Positions 49,791 through 58,864 of a stretch of 64,000 nt of DNA are shown piece after piece. This DNA comes from Candidatus Omnitrophota bacterium (GTDB taxonomy: Bacteria > Omnitrophota > Gorgyraeia > Zapsychrales > JBAZNR01), in contig JBAZNR010000003.1 in assembly GCA_041649175.1 (NCBI GenBank), positions 79,449-143,448 on the forward strand, written 5' to 3'. The notes below the pieces were generated by a model, which saw nothing but the letters and a program-made list of their open reading frames with translations, made no database searches and was not told where the DNA came from. Both the position numbers and the translations under genes were made by a program. The first letter of the stretch is position 1. The number at the start of each line of letters is the position of its first letter.

Positions 49791-50384
49791 ATGGAATTAA
49801 TATTCTTTATTTCAATTGTTATTGTGGGCGTTATAACTACCGTAATTAGTTTTATCCCATCAAAGAAGATGCTAAAAGGTATTAAAATTACACTTTTTGT
49901 CGTAATAATCCTATGCCTAATATTCCAAGCTTGGTATGGATGGAACGACAAAAAAGCATCTCACGTTAAAGATCTTAAAGATGCATGGTACCAAGATGAA
50001 TCCTTGCGGGGTCAAGCATTAATTTCGGACGATATCAGGCAACTTAAAGACAAGGAAAAGAAGGGGCTGTTAAGCGGCGATGATTATTTGTTATACATAG
50101 CAAGGTATTTAGAAAGCATTGATCAAACTTTAAAATTTCGAGATGGGAAGAATACTTGGGAATGGATTACTGCATATTATAATGAAGTAAGTAAAATTCC
50201 TTCATATTTTTCTTTGGCGGATTGGAAGGAAGCGGAGAAGTTAATTTATGGTTCAATGGTTAATGAGATTGATGATCATTTTGCGGCCAGAGGAAGATCC
50301 GGAGGTGGGGTACGACCGAAAGTACTAGAGATATTTAAAACAGAACGCGAAAGAACTATAAAAGCAAAAGAGCTGGAAAAATGA
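49791..50384 (+). CDS. hypothetical protein with two N-terminal TM helices and a charged cytoplasmic domain
   Basis: MELIFFISIVIVGVITTVISFI...ITLFVVIILCLIFQAWYGW, then a 140-aa soluble domain with no motif I recognise. Low GC like the RT gene. Confidence 0.4.
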   Translation: MELIFFISIVIVGVITTVISFIPSKKMLKGIKITLFVVIILCLIFQAWYGWNDKKASHVKDLKDAWYQDESLRGQALISDDIRQLKDKEKKGLLSGDDYLLYIARYLESIDQTLKFRDGKNTWEWITAYYNEVSKIPSYFSLADWKEAEKLIYGSMVNEIDDHFAARGRSGGGVRPKVLEIFKTERERTIKAKELEK

Positions 50385-50424
50385 GAGTAACAGATTTTGA
50401 ATTTTGGGAATGTATACCTAACTT

Positions 50425-51201
50425 ATGTTAAAACTCATCGACACTCACGCCCACTTGGATCAGATTGAAAACATTACCGAAGAACTAAAGCTTGCCGTGC
50501 AGGCGGGGGTTGAGGCAGTGGTGGCGGTTGGCGTTGACTTAAAATCCAATCAGAAAAATTTGGAGCTTAAAGGCAAAGCACAAACGCCGAAAATATTTAC
50601 CGCGCTGGGCATTCATCCGCAAAGTTTGGAAGTTTTTGATGAAGAGGAAATTGAAAAAGGCATTCGGTTTATCCGCGAACATATTAAAGACGCGATCGCT
50701 ATTGGCGAAATTGGTTTAGATTTTTGGTATAAGTGGGCCAAGAAAGACGAAATAAAAAAAGAACAGCAACGCGCTATTTTTAAACGCCAACTTGAAATTG
50801 CCGCAGAATTTAATTTGCCCGCTATTATTCACAGCCGCGGTACGTGGAAAGAATGTTTAGATATGGCTCAGGCCGCCGGCATCAAGAAAGCCAACTTTCA
50901 TTGGTATAGCGGCCCGGAGGATATTTTGGATGAAATTATAAAGTGTGGGTATTTTATCTCCGCGTCTCCCGCGGTTGCCGGCAGTCCTCAGCATCAAAAA
51001 GCAGTTTTGCATGTTCCCATTGAACAGCTGCTCATTGAAACGGATTCGCCCGTATTCTACAGAGAAGGCGAAAATGGTTTTCGTGCCGGGCCTAAAGATG
51101 TCGCGCGCACCTTAAAGCATTATTGCGCGCTGACGAGTATGGCACCGGACAAAGCGGCGGAAATCTTTTATCAAAACTCAAAAAGGTTTTTTGCGATATA
51201 G
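50425..51201 (+). CDS. tatD: TatD-family metal-dependent hydrolase/DNase
   Basis: LIDTHAHLD, AIGEIGLDF, IHSRG, ETDSP motifs. 258 aa. Confidence 0.85.
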   Translation: MLKLIDTHAHLDQIENITEELKLAVQAGVEAVVAVGVDLKSNQKNLELKGKAQTPKIFTALGIHPQSLEVFDEEEIEKGIRFIREHIKDAIAIGEIGLDFWYKWAKKDEIKKEQQRAIFKRQLEIAAEFNLPAIIHSRGTWKECLDMAQAAGIKKANFHWYSGPEDILDEIIKCGYFISASPAVAGSPQHQKAVLHVPIEQLLIETDSPVFYREGENGFRAGPKDVARTLKHYCALTSMAPDKAAEIFYQNSKRFFAI

Positions 51202-51205
51202 GTGA

Positions 51206-51457
51206 ATGATGAGAAATATTCTTAGCAATAGAAAAGCTTTTGTTTCTTTGATCGGGCTTTTTTTAGCGATCATCATTATCGCTTTTGTCGGTTATAAGGC
51301 TTACGGAGTTTATTTGGGGAAACCTTCATCCGGCCAAAGATCGTCAGGGCAGGACCATAGCATCGCAACGCAAGCAGGAACTTTTCAACATACAAAGGAA
51401 AGAATAAGAGATATTAATAAAATGCTTCAACAGCAAGCGCAACAATTGCCGGAATAG
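51206..51457 (+). CDS. small membrane protein, hypothetical
   Basis: 83 aa, one TM (FVSLIGLFLAIIIIAFVGY), Gln/Ser-rich tail. Confidence 0.3.
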   Translation: MMRNILSNRKAFVSLIGLFLAIIIIAFVGYKAYGVYLGKPSSGQRSSGQDHSIATQAGTFQHTKERIRDINKMLQQQAQQLPE

Positions 51458-51518
51458 GCATTTTGCGAGCCTTTTGCTCATGGGCAGGCCCAAATTCGCT
51501 TCAAGGCTCACAAAATGC
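51458..51518 (+). promoter_or_regulatory. long imperfect hairpin upstream of purU (attenuator/terminator-like, no U tract)
   Basis: GCATTTTGCGAGCCTT (51458-51473) pairs with AAGGCTCACAAAATGC (51503-51518), 15 of 16 bp. The 29-nt loop contains GGGCAGGCCC. Confidence 0.3.
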
Positions 51519-51552
51519 CTCTTAATGATCGTTCACTTTAGAAAGGAACAAA

Positions 51553-52404
51553 ATGTCCAACGCTATTTTACTGATTTCCTGCAAAGACCAAAAAGGAATT
51601 ACCGCCACCGTCACCAATTTTGTTTTTGAAAATGGCGGCAATATTGAACATGCCGACCAACATATTGATAAAGAAACCAATACGTTTTTTATGCGCCTCG
51701 AATGGGCGCTAGAAAACTTTAAAGTCCAGAAATCAAAGATAAAAACCGCCTTTGGGCCGATCGCTCATCAATTTGCCATGGAGTGGAGTATTTATTTTAG
51801 CGACGATATTCCGCGCGTGGCCATTTTTACATCGGCTCAGCTGCATTGTTTTGAAGACCTTTTGTGGCGGTATAAATCGGGACAATTTAAATGCGAAATT
51901 CCGCTGGTCATTAGCAATCATACCAACGCTAAGGGAATTACTAAAAGTTTCAGCATCCAATTCCATCATTTTCCTATTGCCAAGCAAAACAAGCTTGCGC
52001 AAGAAAGGCTTGAGGCTGAGCTTTTGAAAAAAGAACGCATTGATTGCATTGTTCTGGCGCGCTACGGGCAGATCTTCACCAAATATTTTGTGAATCAGTA
52101 CCGCAATAGGATTATCAACATCCATCATTCCTTTTTGCCGGCGTTCGCGGGAAAAAGCCCTTACGCGCAAGCTTATCAAAAGGGTGTAAAAATTATTGGC
52201 GCCACCAGCCATTATGTGACCGAGAAATTAGACGAAGGCCCGATCATTGAACAGGATACGGTTCGTGTCAGCCACCGCGACGCCTTAAACGACTTGGTTT
52301 TAAAAGGCCAGGATCTGGAGCGAGGCGTTTTAAGCCGGGCACTGCGCTGGCATTTAGAACATAAGATCCTGGTTTATAATAATAAAACGGTTATTTTTGA
52401 TTAG
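51553..52404 (+). CDS. purU: formyltetrahydrofolate deformylase
   Basis: N-terminal ACT domain (ILLISCKDQKGITATVTNFV), then a formyltransferase domain (NIHHSFLPAFAG..., IIGATSHYVTEKLDEGPII). 283 aa. Confidence 0.85.
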   Translation: MSNAILLISCKDQKGITATVTNFVFENGGNIEHADQHIDKETNTFFMRLEWALENFKVQKSKIKTAFGPIAHQFAMEWSIYFSDDIPRVAIFTSAQLHCFEDLLWRYKSGQFKCEIPLVISNHTNAKGITKSFSIQFHHFPIAKQNKLAQERLEAELLKKERIDCIVLARYGQIFTKYFVNQYRNRIINIHHSFLPAFAGKSPYAQAYQKGVKIIGATSHYVTEKLDEGPIIEQDTVRVSHRDALNDLVLKGQDLERGVLSRALRWHLEHKILVYNNKTVIFD

Positions 52405-52440
52405 CGGCTAATAGAGGCAGTTTTAGAAAGCGAGGCTTGA

Positions 52441-54366
52441 ATGATTGTTTTCTTGATCTGGGTTCTTTCGGTCATTATTTGCGCTGTCATTGCCAAAGAA
52501 AAAAAATATGGCATGGGAAGTTTTATCGCGCTGGCGATTTTCTTTGGGCCGCTGGCTTTAATTATCGCTCTTTTAGTTCCGGTCAATAAAACGCCGCAAG
52601 CAGTTTCTGGAATTCATTCTTTAGGTGATGCCAAAAATGAATTGGAAACGCTCAAGCGGGTAATGAACCGTTTGCAGGGAAGAATAGGTGAGTTAGAAGC
52701 GGGCATTGCCCGCCTATCAGGTTTTTCATCCGAAGCGGGCAATGCCCAGCCTCCGGCGCCGGTGCAGGATGAACCTCAAAGCGTTGTACAGGAGAAAAAA
52801 CAGGAACGGTTCGAACTTGTCTTTGGGCAGTATTGGCTTAGCCGTATCGGCATTATTGTTTTTGTTTTAGGCATCGCATTTTTTATCAGCTACACGTTCC
52901 AATATTTAACCGCCTCCGCGAAGATCGCCACAGGATTTTTATTATCCGCCTGCCTTTTATATTTCGGCAATAAATTAGAACAAAAAGAAAAATACGTCAA
53001 GATCGGTTGGGCGGTTTTAGGTGGCGGCTGGGGGCTTTTATATTTATCCGCTTATGCCATGCATTATATCGACGCGACAAAAATTATTACAAGTTCTGTT
53101 GTCGGCATTTGGATCTTGGCTGTGGCCAGCGCCATTGTCGTTATTTACAATTTAAAATATCGTTCTTGGGTCGTCTCATCCGTCAGTTATTTATTGGCGT
53201 TTATCACCGCGGGCTTGGGCGCGATGGAATATTCCACTATTCTTTATTGGACGTTTTTAACGGCAAGTGTTGCGTATCTGGCGTATCGGTTTCAGTGGCA
53301 TAAATTTTTATTGTTGGGTATTTGCGGCAGTTATTTGACCTATATTTTCTGGATCCATCCGCAAATGCTTTTGGATTTTATGGTTCCCTCAAAAGCAAGC
53401 GTTCCTTTGTATCAATTTCATCTCGGAATTTCCATCCTTGCGGTTAGCTGGATCATTTTTTCGGCGGTTTTATTCTTTTTCGATCTTAAGGAAAAGGAAA
53501 GGTCAAAATATATTTTGGGAGCGAACTTGCTCAACGGCGTCTTTTTCGCCTTTTTGGGATTAAATGAGATTTACCGCGCGCTTCCTCATCTTGTCCTTAG
53601 CTGGGACGCGCGTTTTTGGTTCATTTTTACTTTAGCGCTTGTCTATTTTGGCTTCGCGTATTATTCAAGGCATTTGGGAAAAAGCAGGGGCGTTGTTCTC
53701 AATGCCGGCTTGGCTTTGTCTTTTGTGGCAATGTCTATTTTGATCAAAATTCCCAGTCTAAATATCGGGTTTTTCTGGCTTTTGGAAATGCTGATCATCT
53801 TCGCTTTAGGTTTTTATTACAAAGAAATGGTTTATCGCATTTTGGGAAGTATTTTAGGATTTCTTGTGTTTATCCGTTTATTTTGCGTGGATTATTTTTC
53901 TTATAAGACATACGCACTTTTTGGCTTTGATATCAAACATCGCATTCTCATTTTCAGTTTCGCGGCCCTTTGCTTTTTTATTTTGGGCGCTTTTGTGAGA
54001 AGAAAAGCAATTGCGCAAAGTCTTGCAAGAATAGAGAAGGACTTCTATAATGCCTTTGCTGTCATTGGAACAGTTTTGCTTATTTTCCTCTTAGAAAAAG
54101 AGGTGGCCAGGAAGTGGCTGACCTTAAGCTGGACTTTAGAGGGAATTAGCATTTTAACGGCGGGATTTCTTTTACGGAATCGGATTTACCGGTTTTGCGC
54201 GCTTAGCGCCATCAGCCTTGCTTGCGTGAGGCTGGTTTTGATCGACATGGCCGGGCTTAACGCGATCTATAAGATCCTGACCTTTATTTTGTTCGGTGTT
54301 GTTTTGGTGGCGGTATCTTTGGTTTATTCGAAGCTTGTCAGTAAATTAGAAAACGAGAGCGAATAA
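52441..54366 (+). CDS. large polytopic membrane protein (DUF2339-like), hypothetical
   Basis: 641 aa. N-terminal TM pair, a coiled-coil segment (ELETLKRVMNRLQGRIGELEAGIARL), then about 14 more TM segments. Confidence 0.45.
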   Translation: MIVFLIWVLSVIICAVIAKEKKYGMGSFIALAIFFGPLALIIALLVPVNKTPQAVSGIHSLGDAKNELETLKRVMNRLQGRIGELEAGIARLSGFSSEAGNAQPPAPVQDEPQSVVQEKKQERFELVFGQYWLSRIGIIVFVLGIAFFISYTFQYLTASAKIATGFLLSACLLYFGNKLEQKEKYVKIGWAVLGGGWGLLYLSAYAMHYIDATKIITSSVVGIWILAVASAIVVIYNLKYRSWVVSSVSYLLAFITAGLGAMEYSTILYWTFLTASVAYLAYRFQWHKFLLLGICGSYLTYIFWIHPQMLLDFMVPSKASVPLYQFHLGISILAVSWIIFSAVLFFFDLKEKERSKYILGANLLNGVFFAFLGLNEIYRALPHLVLSWDARFWFIFTLALVYFGFAYYSRHLGKSRGVVLNAGLALSFVAMSILIKIPSLNIGFFWLLEMLIIFALGFYYKEMVYRILGSILGFLVFIRLFCVDYFSYKTYALFGFDIKHRILIFSFAALCFFILGAFVRRKAIAQSLARIEKDFYNAFAVIGTVLLIFLLEKEVARKWLTLSWTLEGISILTAGFLLRNRIYRFCALSAISLACVRLVLIDMAGLNAIYKILTFILFGVVLVAVSLVYSKLVSKLENESE

Positions 54367-54369
54367 AGT

Positions 54370-55830
54370 ATGGCAAAAAAAATCCAAGCCTCTATAGAGA
54401 ATGCGTCGATTTTAAGAAAATTCACCATTCTCTTTCTTCTGATCTCGGTTATTCCGGTGAGCATCTTGTATTATCTCTACGTTCAGCTTAAAGATAACGG
54501 AAAGCTGGATATGACGGCCAGCAATTTGAACATGACGCTGATCTTTGTTGTTCTGGGCGTTGCCGTCGGATATCTGGCGCTGCGTTCATTATTGGCCAGC
54601 GTTGTTGAGATCGCTCACTCCAAAAAAGGCCAGCTTAAAGAAATGCTGGGTTCCGAAAAATTCCAGGAAATAACCTCCGGCAATCAAAATGAAATTGCCA
54701 TTTTAGCAAAATCTTTCAATGAAATTACCTCACGTTTGGAAGCGAATATCCGAAGCTTAGAAGTCGCCAAAAAAACCCTTCATTCGGTTTTGGCCAAAGT
54801 GGGCGAGGGGATCTCGTCGATGCAAAACATTGATAATTTCCTTACGCTTATTATTGAAACCGTGACCGATGCTCTGCAAGGGCGCGTTGGTGTTTTGATG
54901 CTGGTGGATGAATCCCAAAAAGAGCTTTTTGCAAAATCTATTTACGGGCATACGCTAGCGGCGGGAGAACAAATTCGTATTAAGTTTGATGAGGGAACAG
55001 CCGGGCTCGCTTTTAAAACAAAACGGGCTATTATTATTCCTCGCTTGTCATCGGACCATGAAAGCGGCGCGCAAAATATTTTATTCCAAGAACCGCTTTT
55101 ATGCGCGCCGCTTATTTTGCGCGATAAAGTTGTGGGGGTTATTTCGGTCAGCGGCAAAAAAGACGATAGCAATTTTAACGAAGAAGAGTTGAATTTGTTG
55201 AATAATTTAGCCATGCAAACAGCCGTGGCGGTAGAAAATGCCAACCTCAACCGCGACGCCGAAAAAACATATTTTGAAACGATTTCCGCTTTGGCTTTGG
55301 CGGTGGACGCCAAAGATCATTATTCGCGCGGGCATTTAGACCGCGTGGCGAAATATGTCGTTCAAATTGCCGAGAAGCTTAAATTAAGCCAGGAAGAAAT
55401 TCGTATTTTACGCGACGCGGCTCGCCTGCACGATATTGGTAAAATTGGAATTTCCGATGATGTCCTCAATAAACCGGGGCCGTTGGATACCGACGGCTGG
55501 TCTATTATGCGCCGCCATACCGAGATCGGAGAGGGCATTATCAAGCCGATCAGTTCACTGCGCAATCTTTGCGATATTGTCCGTCATCATCATGAAATGT
55601 TGGACGGCAGCGGCTATCCCGATGGGCTTAAAGGTGATCAGATCAAACCTTTGGTGAGGATCTTAACGGTGGCGGATATTTTTGACGCGCTGACTACTGA
55701 CCGGCCTTATCGTAAAGCATTTTCTTTCGCCGAAGGGGCGAAGAAACTTCGCGAAATGAATGATAAGATCGATCAAAAAATCGTCGATGCTTTCTTAGAA
55801 GCCTTAAATGCCGAACGGCAATTATCATAA
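54370..55830 (+). CDS. membrane-anchored HAMP-GAF-HD-GYP signalling protein
   Basis: N-terminal TM pair with a linker, a GAF-like region, and an HD-GYP domain: RLHDIGKIG ... RHHHEMLDGSGYPDGLKGDQI. Confidence 0.7.
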   Translation: MAKKIQASIENASILRKFTILFLLISVIPVSILYYLYVQLKDNGKLDMTASNLNMTLIFVVLGVAVGYLALRSLLASVVEIAHSKKGQLKEMLGSEKFQEITSGNQNEIAILAKSFNEITSRLEANIRSLEVAKKTLHSVLAKVGEGISSMQNIDNFLTLIIETVTDALQGRVGVLMLVDESQKELFAKSIYGHTLAAGEQIRIKFDEGTAGLAFKTKRAIIIPRLSSDHESGAQNILFQEPLLCAPLILRDKVVGVISVSGKKDDSNFNEEELNLLNNLAMQTAVAVENANLNRDAEKTYFETISALALAVDAKDHYSRGHLDRVAKYVVQIAEKLKLSQEEIRILRDAARLHDIGKIGISDDVLNKPGPLDTDGWSIMRRHTEIGEGIIKPISSLRNLCDIVRHHHEMLDGSGYPDGLKGDQIKPLVRILTVADIFDALTTDRPYRKAFSFAEGAKKLREMNDKIDQKIVDAFLEALNAERQLS

Positions 55831-55878
55831 GCTTTCAAAAGTTTCTTGATGTGCCCGCAGGACAACTTAGATATTATC

Positions 55879-56652
55879 ATGCATAAAATTACCAATAAAC
55901 AGATGATCGGGGAAAACTTCAAGCGCCTGGAAGTGCAAGCGCCGAATATCGCGCGCACGGCCAAGCCAGGCCAATTTGTGATGGTGATGGTCGATGAGGA
56001 CAGCGACCGAATTCCTTTAGCGGTCGTGGAATCTGACGAGCGCAGAGGCGTGATCACCTTGGTTTTTGAAGAGGTTGGGCCGGTCACGAAAAGTTTAGGC
56101 GAAAAACAGATCGGTAGCTTTTTATTTGCTTTGACCGGCCCCTTAGGGATGCCGATCGAAGTTAAAAAGGTTGGTACCGTTGTTTGTATCGCCGAAGGCG
56201 CCAACACGGCGCAGATCCTTCCTATCTGCCGTTCCTTAAAAAAGGCCGGCAATAAAGTGATCAGCATTGTCGGCGTTAAAACAAAAAAGAAACTTACCTT
56301 AGAAAGCCATTTGCGTTCGGCCTCGTATAAACTTTTGGTTCTGACTGAAGACGGTTCCTATGAAAAACGGGGAATGCCGATCAACATTTTGGGAAAAGTT
56401 TTAAAAGAAGAAGACGTTGATCTGGTCTATGTTTTTGGATCTGTTGAATTATTGCGATCAGTCACGGCGATAACGAAAAAAGAAAAGATCAAAACTCTTG
56501 TCGGGCTTAGCCCGGTGATGGTCGATGGTTTGGGTTTATGCGGTTCTTGCCGCGTGCGCGTCGGTGATAGGGAAGTTTTTGCTTGCACCGATGGGCCGAT
56601 CTTTAACGGGCACGACGTTGATTTTGATTATTTAAAAGCGCGAATGGCGTAA
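55879..56652 (+). CDS. nfnA: ferredoxin-NADP reductase-like electron-transfer subunit (NfnA / SudB / PyrK-type) with C-terminal [2Fe-2S] site
   Basis: FAD/NAD-binding fold (AKPGQFVMVMV; VCIAEGANTAQI) and C-terminal Cys cluster GLCGSCRV...C. Partner gene immediately downstream. Confidence 0.65.
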   Translation: MHKITNKQMIGENFKRLEVQAPNIARTAKPGQFVMVMVDEDSDRIPLAVVESDERRGVITLVFEEVGPVTKSLGEKQIGSFLFALTGPLGMPIEVKKVGTVVCIAEGANTAQILPICRSLKKAGNKVISIVGVKTKKKLTLESHLRSASYKLLVLTEDGSYEKRGMPINILGKVLKEEDVDLVYVFGSVELLRSVTAITKKEKIKTLVGLSPVMVDGLGLCGSCRVRVGDREVFACTDGPIFNGHDVDFDYLKARMA

Positions 56653-56658
56653 ATTCTT

Positions 56659-58008
56659 ATGCAAAAAAATAATATTCCGGCTTTGCCGGCGCAAAAAAGG
56701 ATCAAGAGCTTTGCGGAAGTTTCTTTAGGATTTAACAAGAAACAAGCTTTAGATGAAGCGATGCATTGTCCGCAACCTTCTGATCCGGCGCATGTTCATC
56801 GTTGCCCTTTGGGCGTGGATGTTCTAGGATTTATCCGCTTTATCCGGGAAGGAAAAATGCGGGAGGCTTTGCTTAAAATCAGAGAGCGAAATCATTTTCC
56901 GGGTGTTTGCGGGCGTGTTTGTTCGGCGCCATGCCAGAAAAATATTTATGAAGGCGAAACATGGGTAACGGATATCCGCGCTTTAGAACGTTTCGCGTTT
57001 GATTTTGGTGATAAAAAAGAACATAAAGCTCAAAGCCCAAAACAGACGGAACAAAAGATCGCGATTATCGGTTCCGGCCCGGCGGGATTGACCGCTGCCG
57101 CGGATCTGGCGCAGCTGGGCTACGGAGTTGTCATTTTTGAAGCAATGCATAAAGCCGGCGGGGCTTTGTGGTATGGAATTCCGGAATTCCGTTTGCCTAA
57201 AAAAGTTCTTAACAGTGAAATTGATTATGTGAAATCTCTTGGCGTTGAAATTAAACTCAATGCAGTCATCAATCAAAATTATTCTGTTGAGCAGCTTTTA
57301 TCGGAAGGTTACGAAGCTGTTCTTTTAGCGTCCGGCAGCGGGTCGCCTAAAATATCCGGCCTTCGCGGAGAACATTTTAAAGGCGTTTACTTAGCCGAAG
57401 AATATCTGATGCGCAGCAACTCAAGATCCGCATCCCTATCATTCAAAGGGAAAAAGGCGGTGGTGATCGGCGTTGGCAATGTTGCTTTTGATTGCGCGCG
57501 TACCAGCGTTCGTTTAGGCTGCGATACAACGCTTGTCTGCGAGGGAACCGAAGATGATCTGATGATGGCAAAAGCAGAGATCGAATTTGCAAAAGAAGAA
57601 GGCGTTAAGCTGGAAGTCTTGACCAAGCCTTTAGAAATTCTGTCACACGAAAATCATTGTACCCGAGGTGTGCGTTTTATTAAATTGGATTTTGCCGATC
57701 CTGGCTCTTCCGGAGAATGGAAGCTGACGCCTGTGCAGGGTTCGGAATTTGTTTTGGATGCCGACATTGTTATTATCGCGGCGGGGCATAAGCCGAATTG
57801 TTTGGCGGCAAGATCCACAGAAGACTTAAAAGTCAACAAAGACGGAAGTATTTGGACCAAGAAAAATAGTTTTGCGACATCCGTAGAGAAAGTTTTCGCC
57901 ACCGGTGCCGTAGCACAGCCGGGCAATCTTATTATGTCTATGGTTTTAGCCAAAAGAGCCACCCAGGAAATTGACTCGTACCTAAAAGAAAAATTATCCG
58001 CAAAATAA
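56659..58008 (+). CDS. nfnB: glutamate synthase small-subunit-like NADPH oxidoreductase (NfnB / SudA-type)
   Basis: N-terminal [4Fe-4S] Cys motifs (CPLG...C; CGRVCSAPC), FAD site IAIIGSGPAGLTAA, second Rossmann VVIGVGNVAFDCA. 449 aa. Confidence 0.7.
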   Translation: MQKNNIPALPAQKRIKSFAEVSLGFNKKQALDEAMHCPQPSDPAHVHRCPLGVDVLGFIRFIREGKMREALLKIRERNHFPGVCGRVCSAPCQKNIYEGETWVTDIRALERFAFDFGDKKEHKAQSPKQTEQKIAIIGSGPAGLTAAADLAQLGYGVVIFEAMHKAGGALWYGIPEFRLPKKVLNSEIDYVKSLGVEIKLNAVINQNYSVEQLLSEGYEAVLLASGSGSPKISGLRGEHFKGVYLAEEYLMRSNSRSASLSFKGKKAVVIGVGNVAFDCARTSVRLGCDTTLVCEGTEDDLMMAKAEIEFAKEEGVKLEVLTKPLEILSHENHCTRGVRFIKLDFADPGSSGEWKLTPVQGSEFVLDADIVIIAAGHKPNCLAARSTEDLKVNKDGSIWTKKNSFATSVEKVFATGAVAQPGNLIMSMVLAKRATQEIDSYLKEKLSAK

Positions 58009-58856
58009 TGAGCGACAAAAAGAAGATCACTCTCGCATATATTAAAAATTGCAAAAAACGCCGCCAGAAGATCACGGTGCTGACGGCCTATGATCACCCC
58101 TTAGCGTCTTTGGTGGATCAAGCCGGCATTGATATTGTTTTAGTGGGTGATTCTTTGGCGAACGTGGTTTTAGGTTTAGCATCAACGCGCGAAGTTGGCA
58201 TGAGCGAGATGATCTATCACGCGAAGGCCGTTCGCCGCGCGATTAAAAAAGCTTTTTTGATCGGCGATATGCCCTTTGAATCGTATCAAATTGACGCAGG
58301 GCTGGCGGTGGGTAATGCCCGGCGTTTCGTGGAAGAGGCCGGCTGCGACGCGGTGAAATTAGAATGGTTCGATCAGTGCTTAGAGGCGACCAAAGCGATC
58401 GTTGGTGAAGGAATTCCGGTGATGGGCCACGTGGGTTTAACGCCACAGACGGCCGACAAGTTAGGCGGGCTTAAGGTCCAGGGAAAAGAAGCTGGATCAG
58501 CCCGGCAGATCATCCGCCAAGCGATCGATTTTGAAAAAGCGGGTTGTTTTAGTATTGTTTTAGAATGCGTTCCCGCTCAAGTTGCCAAGATCATTAGCGA
58601 ACGATTGACGATCCCGACTATTGGAATTGGCGCCGGAAAATATTGCGATGGACAAGTTCTGGTAACCTATGATCTTTTAGGGTTACTAACCGGTTTTCAA
58701 CCTCGTTTTGTGAAGCGTTACGCCCATCTCGATAAAATAATTCTAAAAGCACTGACAAAATACCGTAAAGATGTTTTGCGCGGAAGTTTTCCGGGAAAAA
58801 AGCACAGCTTTGAAATTTCCAAAGAAGAACTACGCAGCCTTAAGGGATCAGACTAA
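58008..58856 (+). CDS. panB: 3-methyl-2-oxobutanoate hydroxymethyltransferase
   Basis: ITVLTAYD, VLVGDSLANVVLG, CDAVKLE, GHVGLTPQ motifs. 282 aa. Confidence 0.85.
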   Translation: MSDKKKITLAYIKNCKKRRQKITVLTAYDHPLASLVDQAGIDIVLVGDSLANVVLGLASTREVGMSEMIYHAKAVRRAIKKAFLIGDMPFESYQIDAGLAVGNARRFVEEAGCDAVKLEWFDQCLEATKAIVGEGIPVMGHVGLTPQTADKLGGLKVQGKEAGSARQIIRQAIDFEKAGCFSIVLECVPAQVAKIISERLTIPTIGIGAGKYCDGQVLVTYDLLGLLTGFQPRFVKRYAHLDKIILKALTKYRKDVLRGSFPGKKHSFEISKEELRSLKGSD

Positions 58857-58864
58857 AAACTATT

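Noticed and set aside
51458-51552. Riboswitch (ZTP or THF) in the purU leader
   Set aside because: The conserved ZTP pseudoknot and core sequences and the THF motifs are not recognisable. Only a simple hairpin is present.
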